A DNA stretch of 38,788 nt, taken from positions 1 through 38,788 of the forward strand of contig CAYJRR010000031.1 of the NCBI GenBank assembly GCA_964372275.1. Direction: 5' to 3'. The translations under genes were made by a program, and so were the position numbers. The notes under the pieces are model-generated. The model did no database searches. It saw nothing but the letters and a program-made list of their open reading frames with translations, and was not told the DNA's origin. This document shows, piece by piece, positions 26,668-35,132 of this stretch; the stretch's first letter is position 1; each line of letters begins with the position of its first letter. The stretch is from an uncultured bacterium (GTDB lineage Bacteria; CAYJRR01).

Positions 26668-27702
26668 ATGGCGATGCGCCCGGTTTCGAACCCGCCGAAC
26701 CCCTGGGCGACGACGACGGTCGACTGGATCGACGCCCCGCCGATCGCGGAGCTCGCGCTGTTCGAGGAGGAGGCGCGGACCGTCCTCTCCGAGAACGACA
26801 GCCCGGACGTCGGCTTCCGGTGGTCGCTCAATCCCTACCGCGGATGTTTTCATGGATGCTCGTACTGCTACGCGCGGCCGACGCATCAATACCTGGAGCT
26901 CGGGGCGGGGACCGACTTCGAGCGGAAGATCGTGGTGAAGGTGAATGCGGCGGAGCGCCTCGAGGAGGCGTTTCGCAAGAAGGGCTGGCGCGGGGAGACG
27001 GTCGTCTTCTCGGGGAACACCGACTGCTACCAGCCGATCGAGGCCTGCTACGGGCTCACGCGCCGCTGCCTCGAGGTCTGCGCGGCGTTTCGCAATCCGG
27101 TCGGGATCATCACCAAAGGGGCGCTGATCCGCCGCGACCTCGACCTCTTGCAGGAGCTCCACCGGCACGCCCGCGTGCGGGTGAACATGAGCGTCGCCTT
27201 CGCCGACGACGCGATGGCCCGGAGGATCGAACCGTGGGCGCCGTCGCCGACGACGCGCTTCGCGGCGCTGCGCGCGCTGGCGGACGCCGGGATCCCGGTG
27301 GGGCTGGCGCTGGCGCCGATCATCCCCGGGATGAACGACGCCCAGATTCCCGAGATCCTGGAACGGGCGCGCGACGCCGGGGCGAGGCGCGCCTTTCGCG
27401 TGTTGTTGCGGCTTCCGGCGGAGGTGAAGCCGGTCTTTCTCGGACGGCTGCGCGAGACGGACCCCGGACGAGCCTCGAAGGTGGAGAACGCCGTCCGCGA
27501 GATGCGCGGCGGCGCGCTCTACAGGAGCGCCTTCGGCGCACGCGGGGTCGGAGAGGGGGCGCGATGGGACGCGATCGATTGGCTGTTCGAGCGGACCTGC
27601 CGCCGCCTCGGACTCGAGACCGGAGAGCGTTCCGACGGCGAGGACGGCGCGCCGACCACGTTCCGTCGCCCCGGTGACCCGTTCGGACTGTTCGATCGGT
27701 GA
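26668..27702 (+). CDS. PA0069/Rv2578c-family radical SAM protein (SPL-like)
   Basis: NDSPDVGFRWSLNPYRGCFHGCSYCYARPTH, GTDFERKI, SGNTDCYQP, APIIPGMND, LLRLP. Confidence 0.92.
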   Translation: MAMRPVSNPPNPWATTTVDWIDAPPIAELALFEEEARTVLSENDSPDVGFRWSLNPYRGCFHGCSYCYARPTHQYLELGAGTDFERKIVVKVNAAERLEEAFRKKGWRGETVVFSGNTDCYQPIEACYGLTRRCLEVCAAFRNPVGIITKGALIRRDLDLLQELHRHARVRVNMSVAFADDAMARRIEPWAPSPTTRFAALRALADAGIPVGLALAPIIPGMNDAQIPEILERARDAGARRAFRVLLRLPAEVKPVFLGRLRETDPGRASKVENAVREMRGGALYRSAFGARGVGEGARWDAIDWLFERTCRRLGLETGERSDGEDGAPTTFRRPGDPFGLFDR

Positions 27703-27748
27703 CCGATTCTTGCTCTCCGGGCCCCGCCCCCAGTATGGTGTCCCTCCC

Positions 27749-28672
27749 ATGCGCGCCTGGCCCTTGACGATCCCGATCCTCTTCGCCGCCGCCTGCGGTC
27801 CGAAGACGCCGACCTACCTGGGGACCGATTCCACGATGTTCGAGAAGGAGATCCTCGAGTGGCGTGAGAAGCGCGTCGCTCGCCTGAAGGCAGACGGAAG
27901 CTGGTTGTCGCTCGCCGGTCTGTACTGGCTGGACGAAGGGACGAAGTCGATCGGCTCGATGCCGGGAAGCGACCTGCTGCTCCCCCCGATGGCCCCGGCA
28001 GCGGTCGGGTCGATCACCCGCGCCGGCAAACAGGTGACCCTCAAGGTCAATTCGGGGGTCAGTGCGACCGTCAACGGCCAGCTCGTGACCGTGCGGCAGC
28101 TCGTCTCCGACGCCGATCCAAACGTCGAGCCGGACAAGGTGAAGATCGGAACGTTCACCTTCTACGTGATCGAGCGCGGCGACTCGAAGAACGGCGAGCG
28201 GGTGGGGATCCGCCTGCTCGACAGCGAGACGGTCGCCCGACGCAACTTCAAAGGGATCGAGAGCTATCCGCCGAAACCGGAATGGCGCATCGTCGGAAAG
28301 TGGGTGCCCCACGCCAGCCCACGCGTGGTGCAGATCCCGACCGTGATCGGGACGGTCGAGGAGATGACCTCCCCCGGCGCGGTCGTCTTCACCGTCAACG
28401 GCCTCGAGCAGCGTCTCGAGCCGGTGGTGGAGCAGGGACACGACAAACTCTTCTTCATCTTCGGCGACGAGACCAACGGGCCCGAGACCTACGGTGCCGG
28501 CCGGTTCCTCTACGCCGAGCCGGCGACCAAGGACGGGTTTGTGATCCTCGACTTCAACAAGGCCTACAACCCGCCGTGCGCCTTCTCCCCGTACGCGACC
28601 TGTCCGCTGCCCCCCGAAGGGAACCGTCTCGCGATCCGCGTCGAGGCCGGCGAGAAGAAGTACGACCACTGA
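27749..28672 (+). CDS. DUF1684 family lipoprotein
   Basis: Lipobox AAA-C; WLSLAGLYWL, FIFGDETNG.ETYGAGRFL, LDFNKAYNPPCAFSPYATCPLPP. Confidence 0.9.
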   Translation: MRAWPLTIPILFAAACGPKTPTYLGTDSTMFEKEILEWREKRVARLKADGSWLSLAGLYWLDEGTKSIGSMPGSDLLLPPMAPAAVGSITRAGKQVTLKVNSGVSATVNGQLVTVRQLVSDADPNVEPDKVKIGTFTFYVIERGDSKNGERVGIRLLDSETVARRNFKGIESYPPKPEWRIVGKWVPHASPRVVQIPTVIGTVEEMTSPGAVVFTVNGLEQRLEPVVEQGHDKLFFIFGDETNGPETYGAGRFLYAEPATKDGFVILDFNKAYNPPCAFSPYATCPLPPEGNRLAIRVEAGEKKYDH

Positions 28673-28688
28673 CCCTGGAAGGTTTTCC

Positions 28689-29090
28689 ATGCAAGAGAAG
28701 GTGCAGCCTCCGGCGTACGGGCTGATCGCCTCGGCGGCGATCAGCGCGCTCTTGAACCTGGCCTCGATCGCGATGAACGTGCTGGGGATCACCATGATGG
28801 GTATGGGGGATTCGCCGTTCGGCGCCATGGGCGGGGAGGAGGTCCTGCCGGCGACGATGATCCGCACGATCTCGATCGCTTCGTCCGCGTTCGGCATCCT
28901 GATCCAGGGGGTCGTCGGCTACGGCGGATACAAGATGTTGAAGCTCGAGAGTCACGGCTTCGCGCTCGCCGCGGCGATCCTGGCCGCGATCCCGTGTTTC
29001 AACGGCTGCTGCCTCATCAGCACGCCGATCGGGATCTGGGCGCTGGTCGTCCTGAACGACAGCGCCGTCAAGGAGTCGTTCCGGGGGTAA
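28689..29090 (+). CDS. Small integral membrane protein
   Basis: 3-4 hydrophobic segments; IPCFNGCCLI..PIGIWALVVL..VK..F. Confidence 0.8.
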   Translation: MQEKVQPPAYGLIASAAISALLNLASIAMNVLGITMMGMGDSPFGAMGGEEVLPATMIRTISIASSAFGILIQGVVGYGGYKMLKLESHGFALAAAILAAIPCFNGCCLISTPIGIWALVVLNDSAVKESFRG

Positions 29091-29094
29091 CGGA

Positions 29095-30420
29095 ATGGAC
29101 GATCGTCTCCGCGCCGAACTCGAGGCGCTCTACCCGGAACACGTCGCGACGCTGGGGAAGGGCTACGGACGGTCGCTCGAGTCGAACGGTTTCGACGGGG
29201 TGCTGATTCACGCCGGATCGCCCAAGATTCGGTCGATCTTCGACGACCAGTACTGGCCGTTGCGCGTCACCCCCCACTACCAGCACTGGCTCCCCCTCGC
29301 CGTCGCCGACGGCGCGCTGCTGGTCCTCCCGGGACGCCGGCCGGTCCTGTTCCACAACGTGGAGCGGAGCTTCTGGGAGGGGCCGGTCGAGCCGGAGTCG
29401 GACCACTTCTGGGGCGCCTTCGACGTGGTGGAGGTCGACGGACCCTCGAAGATCCGCCACCGCCTGCCGCCGGGCCGCCTGGCGTTCGTCGGCGAAGACC
29501 TTCCTCGCGCGTCGTCGTGGGGATTCTCCCCGGACGCGATCAACCCCGAGCGTCTGGTCGCCGCACTGGATGCGCTGCGGACTCGGAAGACCGCCTACGA
29601 GCGTGCCGCGCTCGCCGAAGCCAACCGCCGCGCGGCGGCCGGCCACGAGCGAGTGTTGGCCGCCTTCCGTGACGGGGAGCGAAGCGAGCTCGAGCTGCAC
29701 CTGCTCTTCCTCGAGGCGACGCGCCAAGACGACGTCGAGACCCCGTACAAGAACATCGTCGCGCTCGGGAACCATGCCGCCACGCTGCACCACGTCGGCT
29801 ACTCGCGGCGGGCGGGGCCTGCGGAGGCGTTGCTTCTTGACGCCGGCGCGACCTGTCTCGGGTACGCGAGCGACGTGACCCGTACCGCGGTGAAGGGTCG
29901 AAGCGCCGCAGCGCAGGTCTTCGCGGAGCTGGTGATCCGGCTGGACCGCCTGCAGCAGGCGATCTGCGCCGAAGTAAAACCGGGGGTCCCCTACGAATCG
30001 CTGCACAACCGGGCGCACGAGCGCCTCGCACCGATCCTGCGCGAGCTCGGCATCGCCCGCGGAAGCGACGCGGAGCTCGTCGAGTCCGGCGTTACGCGAA
30101 AGTTCCTTCCTCACGGACTGGGCCATTCGCTCGGGCTCCAGACCCACGACGTCGGATGCGCCGTCGTCCGTCCGGAACCTCGCAACCCGTTCCTGCGCAA
30201 CACCTCCACCGTGGAGGTGGGGCAGGTCTTCACCGTGGAGCCCGGGTGCTACTTCATCGACAGCCTGCTCGAGGAGCTGCGCGCGTCCGACGAGGGCCGT
30301 CGCGTCGACTGGAAGCTCGTCGACGAGCTCAAGCGATTCGGCGGCGTGCGCATCGAAGACGACCTGGTCGTGGAGGCCTCGGGGGCGCGAAACCTCACCC
30401 GCGAATTCCTGCCGGCGTGA
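29095..30420 (+). CDS. pepQ: Xaa-Pro dipeptidase (prolidase, M24B)
   Basis: FDDQYWP..VTPHY..WLP, RTRKTAYE, PYKNIVAL..AATLHH, LLDAGA, YASDVTRT, PHGLGHSLGLQTHDVG, FTVEPG, GGVRIEDD. Confidence 0.93.
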   Translation: MDDRLRAELEALYPEHVATLGKGYGRSLESNGFDGVLIHAGSPKIRSIFDDQYWPLRVTPHYQHWLPLAVADGALLVLPGRRPVLFHNVERSFWEGPVEPESDHFWGAFDVVEVDGPSKIRHRLPPGRLAFVGEDLPRASSWGFSPDAINPERLVAALDALRTRKTAYERAALAEANRRAAAGHERVLAAFRDGERSELELHLLFLEATRQDDVETPYKNIVALGNHAATLHHVGYSRRAGPAEALLLDAGATCLGYASDVTRTAVKGRSAAAQVFAELVIRLDRLQQAICAEVKPGVPYESLHNRAHERLAPILRELGIARGSDAELVESGVTRKFLPHGLGHSLGLQTHDVGCAVVRPEPRNPFLRNTSTVEVGQVFTVEPGCYFIDSLLEELRASDEGRRVDWKLVDELKRFGGVRIEDDLVVEASGARNLTREFLPA

Positions 30421-30428
30421 GCCGTGGC

Positions 30429-30507
30429 GATCGGATCCGTTACGGATACGGATTCCGATCGGATCCGAGTCGGTAACGGTTGCCGTTTCGGATCCGATCC
30501 GACCCGG
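30429..30507. repeat. (TCGGA/TCCGA)n low-complexity palindromic repeat, copy B
   Basis: gatcggatccgttacggatacggattccgatcggatccgagtcgg...tcggatccgatccga; shares acggatac(c/g)gattccgat and gatccgagtcg with copy A. Confidence 0.7.
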
Positions 30508-30606
30508 TCTGGCGGGTGGAGTCCGAAGACTCCGCCTTGGGCACAGGTTGGAGTCCGGACCCGCCAGCGGCGCGCCCCGACGCCCGAAACTCGAACGTTT
30601 TTCCGG

Positions 30607-30622
30607 TGGCACGGGCGCTGCT
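30607..30622 (+). promoter_or_regulatory. sigma54 promoter candidate
   Basis: TGGCACGGGCGCTGCT (TGGCAC-N5-CTGCT) upstream of 30690. Confidence 0.68.
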
Positions 30623-30689
30623 GTTCTTGATCGGCCCGGTGTGCGGACGATCACGCCGTGGCGGATGGGGCGCGGAAGAGGGTGACCAC

Positions 30690-32684
30690 GTGACGAAGGC
30701 GATCGGCAGGGTTTTTCTCGGCGCGGCACTGGCATTCTCCGTCGGTGGCTGCTCGAAGCGGTACGACGAAGTGGTTGCGAACTATCGCCTCGCCAGTTCC
30801 GCGGGATGCGCGGGGGTGGAGGAGTACGCCGAGGACGTCGCCGTCCTCGAGATGAAGAAGTGGGTCGACGCCTACGGCGAGTGGTACGGCGAGTACGGGA
30901 CCGACGACCTGGGCGCGCCCAGCGCGGAGTCGGGGGGCGACGAGACCGGCAGCCAGGCCTCCGGCACCAACAACCAGGAGGCCGGCGTCGACGAACCCGA
31001 CTTCGTCAAGAACGACACCGACCAGATCCTCGTCCTCTCCGGCCAGTACCTGGTGGCGATCGACGCCGTTCCGGCAGACCAGATGCACGAGCTGTCTCGC
31101 ACGTCGATCGAGGGGTCGCCGTTCGCCATGGTTCGCGAAGGGAACCGGGTCGCCGTCCTCTCCTGGGCGCAGCCCCCCGACTCGATCGCGCGCGACGGCG
31201 GCGGCGGCTCGTACGACGGACCTCCCGTCGACGTCGCGTCGGACGACTGCATCGACTGCGGATCCTACTGGACCCCCACCACCAAGGTCACGGTGCTCGG
31301 GCTGTCCGATGCCACCGCACCGGTCCTCGAGCGTGAGCTCTACGTCGAGGGGAGCTACGTCGGCGCCCGGCTGATCGACGGGCGACTGCACCTGGTCACC
31401 GCCACCTACACGCCGGGTCCGGCGATGACGCTGTGGGCGGAGACGGAGCTCGCGCGTGAGATCCTGAAGGCCCACAACGAGCAGCTGATCCGCGACCAGC
31501 CGCTCGACGCCTGGATCCCGCGGTTCGCCGACCGCGTCGGCTCGGTGGAGACCACGGGCAGCCTGGGCACCGCGGACGACTGCGGCGGCTTCTACCAGCC
31601 GTTGACTCCGATGGGCCGCACCATCCTGAGTCTGGCGACCCTCCCCCTGACCGAGCCGGCCGGGTCGTTCCAGTCGGCCTCGATCGTTTCCGAGCCCGGG
31701 GTCGTCTATGCCTCCGAGGAGTCGCTCTACGTATCGATCTACCTGGGGTGGTTCTGGTTCTTCTGGACCGACGGCGAGATGCCGGAGGACCGTTCGGTGG
31801 TCCACAAGTTCGACCTCGGCGGCGAGATCCCCGCCTACGCGGCGACCGGAGCCGTCGACGGGTACGCGCCGAGCCAATTCGCGATGGACGAGCACGACGA
31901 CGTGCTTCGGATCGCCACCACCACCAGCGGCTTCGAAGAGGGGGACTGGGAGCCGGAGAATCATCTGACGACGCTCCGGGAGGCCGGCGGCGAGCTCGAG
32001 GTGGCTGGCAGCATCCACGGCATCGCACCCGGGGAACGGATCACCAGCAGCCGGTTCGATGGCGAAGTGGGGTACCTGGTCACCTTCCGCCAGGTCGATC
32101 CGCTCTACACCCTCGACCTCTCCGACCCGGAGAGTCCGGCGATCGTCGACGAGCTGCACGTTACCGGGTTTTCGACCTACATCCACCCCTACGAGGGGGG
32201 GAAGCTCCTGACGATCGGCTACGAGGCGACCGAGGAGGGGCAGGTGACCGGTTCGGCGCTGTCGCTGTTCGACGTCGCCGAGCTCGACGATCCGTCGCTC
32301 CTGTTCCGGGAGGAGCTGGGCGAATCGTGGTCCGAGGCGCAGTGGGACCACAAGGCGTTCAACTTCTTCCCCCCGGCCGGCGTGTTGGCGCTGCCGCTGG
32401 TCGACTACGAGGACGGCTTCGCCGGGCTGGAGGTGTGGGACGTCTCGGGCGAGAGCGGCTTCGCGCTGCGCGGCCGCGTCGACCACCAGGGGTTCGTTCC
32501 GACCGAGGAGGAGGACCCGTACTACGGCTGGTGGACGACGATCCGCCGGAGCGTGATCATCGACGGCACGATCTACTCGATCTCCGACCTGGGGGTGAAG
32601 GCGAACGACCTCGGAGACCTCGGCGTGGAGTACGCCGCGCTGCCGCTCCCGGCGAACACACCCTACGGCTACTACTATTGGTAG
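30690..32684 (+). CDS. Secreted beta-propeller domain lipoprotein (Beta_propel-type)
   Basis: Lipobox VGG-C; TNNQEAGVDEPDFVK, QFAMDEH..LRIATT, APGERI.SSRF, LVTFRQVDPL, GFSTYIHP, SEAQWDHKAF. Confidence 0.9.
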   Translation: MTKAIGRVFLGAALAFSVGGCSKRYDEVVANYRLASSAGCAGVEEYAEDVAVLEMKKWVDAYGEWYGEYGTDDLGAPSAESGGDETGSQASGTNNQEAGVDEPDFVKNDTDQILVLSGQYLVAIDAVPADQMHELSRTSIEGSPFAMVREGNRVAVLSWAQPPDSIARDGGGGSYDGPPVDVASDDCIDCGSYWTPTTKVTVLGLSDATAPVLERELYVEGSYVGARLIDGRLHLVTATYTPGPAMTLWAETELAREILKAHNEQLIRDQPLDAWIPRFADRVGSVETTGSLGTADDCGGFYQPLTPMGRTILSLATLPLTEPAGSFQSASIVSEPGVVYASEESLYVSIYLGWFWFFWTDGEMPEDRSVVHKFDLGGEIPAYAATGAVDGYAPSQFAMDEHDDVLRIATTTSGFEEGDWEPENHLTTLREAGGELEVAGSIHGIAPGERITSSRFDGEVGYLVTFRQVDPLYTLDLSDPESPAIVDELHVTGFSTYIHPYEGGKLLTIGYEATEEGQVTGSALSLFDVAELDDPSLLFREELGESWSEAQWDHKAFNFFPPAGVLALPLVDYEDGFAGLEVWDVSGESGFALRGRVDHQGFVPTEEEDPYYGWWTTIRRSVIIDGTIYSISDLGVKANDLGDLGVEYAALPLPANTPYGYYYW

Positions 32685-32707
32685 CGGCCGCGGATAAACG
32701 GCCATTC

Positions 32708-32799
32708 GGAATGGGAGATTGAAAATGTGAAAACCGACAATGCCGGATCCGATCCGGACATTGTCGGTGTTCTATCTCCCATTTCCCGTTTTCAATTCT
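32708..32799. repeat. Heptamer-armed palindromic element, copy 5 (degenerate arms)
   Basis: gaatgggagattgaaaatgtgaa-accgacaatg (32733-32742), ccggatccgatccgga, cattgtcggt (32759-32768), ...cccatttcccgttttcaattc. It lies between convergent genes. Confidence 0.82.
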
Positions 32800-32800
32800 C

Positions 32801-35080
32801 CTACCGGCTGCAGACGGCGTAGACCTGCTTCAGATCGGTGGAGCCTGCCACCGCCTTCTCGATGCCGTCCTGGAGCAGCGTGGTCATCCCCGCCTGTAGC
32901 GCCAGGGTGCGGATCTCGTCGACGGGGGCGCGCTTGCCGATGGCGCGCTTGATGTCGTCGTTGTTGATCAGCAGCTCGTGGAGGCCGATCCGGCCCTTGT
33001 AGCCGCTACCGCCGCAGGCGTCGCAGCCGACGCCCCGCCAGAGCCGCAGCTCCCCCGGTTTCCATCCCCGCGCGGCGAGCCCCTGCGGCCCTCCCATCCC
33101 CTCGACGATCTGTCCGACCTCGTCCTTCGTGGCGACGTAGGCCTGGCGGCAGTTCTTGCAAATCGAGCGGGCGAGGCGCTGCGCCAGCACTCCCAGGAGG
33201 GCGTCGGCGAAGCTGAAGGGGTCGAGCTCCATGTCGAGGAGCCGGGTGATCGTCTCCGGGGCGCTGTTGGTGTGGAGCGTGGAGACGACCAGGTGACCGG
33301 TCAGTGAGGCTTCGATACCGGTGCCGGCGGTTTCGGCATCGCGCATCTCGCCGACCATGATCACGTCGGGATCGGCGCGGAGGAACGCCTTCATCGCCGC
33401 GGCGAAGGTGAAGCCGATCTTCGCCTGGACCTGCACCTGGCGCAGTCCGTACTGCGTGATCTCGACCGGGTCCTCCGCGGTCCAGATCTTCATGTCCGGG
33501 GTGTTGATGTGTCCCAACGCCGAGTGCAGCGTCGTCGTCTTCCCCGAACCGGTCGGACCGACGCAGAGGATCAATCCGTAGGGCCGCTCCATGATCTTCT
33601 TGAGCTCGGTCAGGTTCCGCGGGCTCATCCCCATCTGGTCGAGCGGCAGCGGCTTCGACGCGGCGAGGATGCGCATCACCACGTCCTCGTTGCCGTTGAC
33701 CGTCGGGATCGTCGCCACGCGCAGCTCGATCTGGCGGTCGGACATGCGGAAGCGGATCTTGCCGTCCTGGGGCTTGCGCTTCTCGGCGATGTCCAGGTTG
33801 GCCATGATCTTGATGCGCGCCACGAGCGCGTTTCGCGCCTGCGGTGCGATCTCCTGGTAGACGCCGCAATCGCCGTCGACCCGGAAGCGGATGACCGTCT
33901 TCATCTCGCGCCCGTAGGGCTCAATGTGGATGTCGGAGGCGCGCCGGTTGTAGGCGTCGATGATCACCTGCTCGACCAGCTTGATGATCGCGCTGTCGTT
34001 CTCCTTGGTCTCGTCCTCCAGCGACTGTTGCTCGGGCGCGAAACCCGGGTCGGCCGAGAGGTCCTTGAGGATCTGGCTGACGTCGCCCGTCGGCCGGGCG
34101 GTGCGGTCGATGCAGGCCAGGATGTCATCGCGCAACGCGACCTGGTACACGAGCTGGCGGTCGGGATAGATGCGCCGGACGGCGTCGGTCCGCGGGAGGT
34201 CGGCCGGATCGTCGATGACGATGACGATCTGGTTCTCCTTGCGCTCCATGGGGGCGATGCAGATCTGCTTCAGGTAGTCGAGGCTCTTGATTCCGGCGCG
34301 CAGCTCGTCGGGGATCGTCTCGTTCCCACGGAAACGGAAGCTCTTGCAGTTGTAGAAGATCGAGAGCGCCTTCTCGATCTCCTCCTGCTTCAGGCCGACC
34401 TTGTCGATGAGGTATCTCGCCGGGTCGATGTTGGCCGAGGTGGCGCTGGCGATCGCCTTCTGCAGCGCCTCTTCGGAGATCCCGCCGGAGTCGACCAGCG
34501 TGCTCCACTTGGTCCGCTTCGCCTTCAGCGATCGGACCTTGTTGAAGTTGTAGAACGCCATCCCCAGCCGCTGCGCCAGCTCCTCGGCGGTTTCGACGTC
34601 GCGCGGATCGAACGATTCGCCGTCGAGCCGGTTGATCACCTGCATCACCCCGAGGCAGTTCTTCTCGTAGCGGACCGGGACCGACAGCATGGTGCAGGTC
34701 ATGAATCCGGTCGATTGGTCCCAGGAGTCGTCGAACTTGAGCTGGGGGTGATAGGCGGCGAGTTCCTGGGTGTCCCGGACGTTGGCGATGTTCAGCGTCT
34801 GCATCGAGAGCGCCGTGAATCCGGCGAGGCTCGACGGCTGCTTCTCGATCCGGATCTCCTTCACCTCGTCGCCCGACTTGGCGACCGAGGTCAGCTGGTT
34901 GTTGCGGGTGTCGAGGACGAAGATCGAGGCCCGCTCGGCATTCAGAAAGCCGGCGATCGCCTCCGTCGGCTGCCCCGCGAGGAGCGCTTGGAGGTTGGGG
35001 GCGTTCCCGATCATGGTGGCGAGCTTTTGCAGCTCGAGTCGCTTCTGCAGCTCCGGATCGACGGCGGCGGAGACGGACAT
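32801..35080 (-). CDS. GspE/PulE(PilB)-family secretion/pilus ATPase with N-terminal GAF domain
   Basis: GAF (NAERASIF...[15 protein letters not shown]...GVMQVINR); [16 protein letters not shown], Walker [46 protein letters not shown]...CDAC. Confidence 0.94.
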   Translation of the reverse strand: MSVSAAVDPELQKRLELQKLATMIGNAPNLQALLAGQPTEAIAGFLNAERASIFVLDTRNNQLTSVAKSGDEVKEIRIEKQPSSLAGFTALSMQTLNIANVRDTQELAAYHPQLKFDDSWDQSTGFMTCTMLSVPVRYEKNCLGVMQVINRLDGESFDPRDVETAEELAQRLGMAFYNFNKVRSLKAKRTKWSTLVDSGGISEEALQKAIASATSANIDPARYLIDKVGLKQEEIEKALSIFYNCKSFRFRGNETIPDELRAGIKSLDYLKQICIAPMERKENQIVIVIDDPADLPRTDAVRRIYPDRQLVYQVALRDDILACIDRTARPTGDVSQILKDLSADPGFAPEQQSLEDETKENDSAIIKLVEQVIIDAYNRRASDIHIEPYGREMKTVIRFRVDGDCGVYQEIAPQARNALVARIKIMANLDIAEKRKPQDGKIRFRMSDRQIELRVATIPTVNGNEDVVMRILAASKPLPLDQMGMSPRNLTELKKIMERPYGLILCVGPTGSGKTTTLHSALGHINTPDMKIWTAEDPVEITQYGLRQVQVQAKIGFTFAAAMKAFLRADPDVIMVGEMRDAETAGTGIEASLTGHLVVSTLHTNSAPETITRLLDMELDPFSFADALLGVLAQRLARSICKNCRQAYVATKDEVGQIVEGMGGPQGLAARGWKPGELRLWRGVGCDACGGSGYKGRIGLHELLINNDDIKRAIGKRAPVDEIRTLALQAGMTTLLQDGIEKAVAGSTDLKQVYAVCSR

Positions 35081-35132
35081 GGGCCGTATCCTAGCTCAAA
35101 CGAGCGGGTTGCCGCGCGAAGGCAAAGGACCC

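Noticed and set aside
24150-27677. 1175-aa + strand ORF, and similar long Arg/Gly/Ala-rich ORFs such as 15593-18685 and 3744-6026
   Set aside because: High-GC off-frame or antisense shadows with no motifs, overlapping well-supported genes.
419-32799. Heptamer palindromes as integron attC sites or ordinary rho-independent terminators
   Set aside because: No RYYYAAC/GTTRRRY boxes and no intI gene. The stems are long and AT-rich without a clean U-tract, and copy 3 lies between divergent genes.
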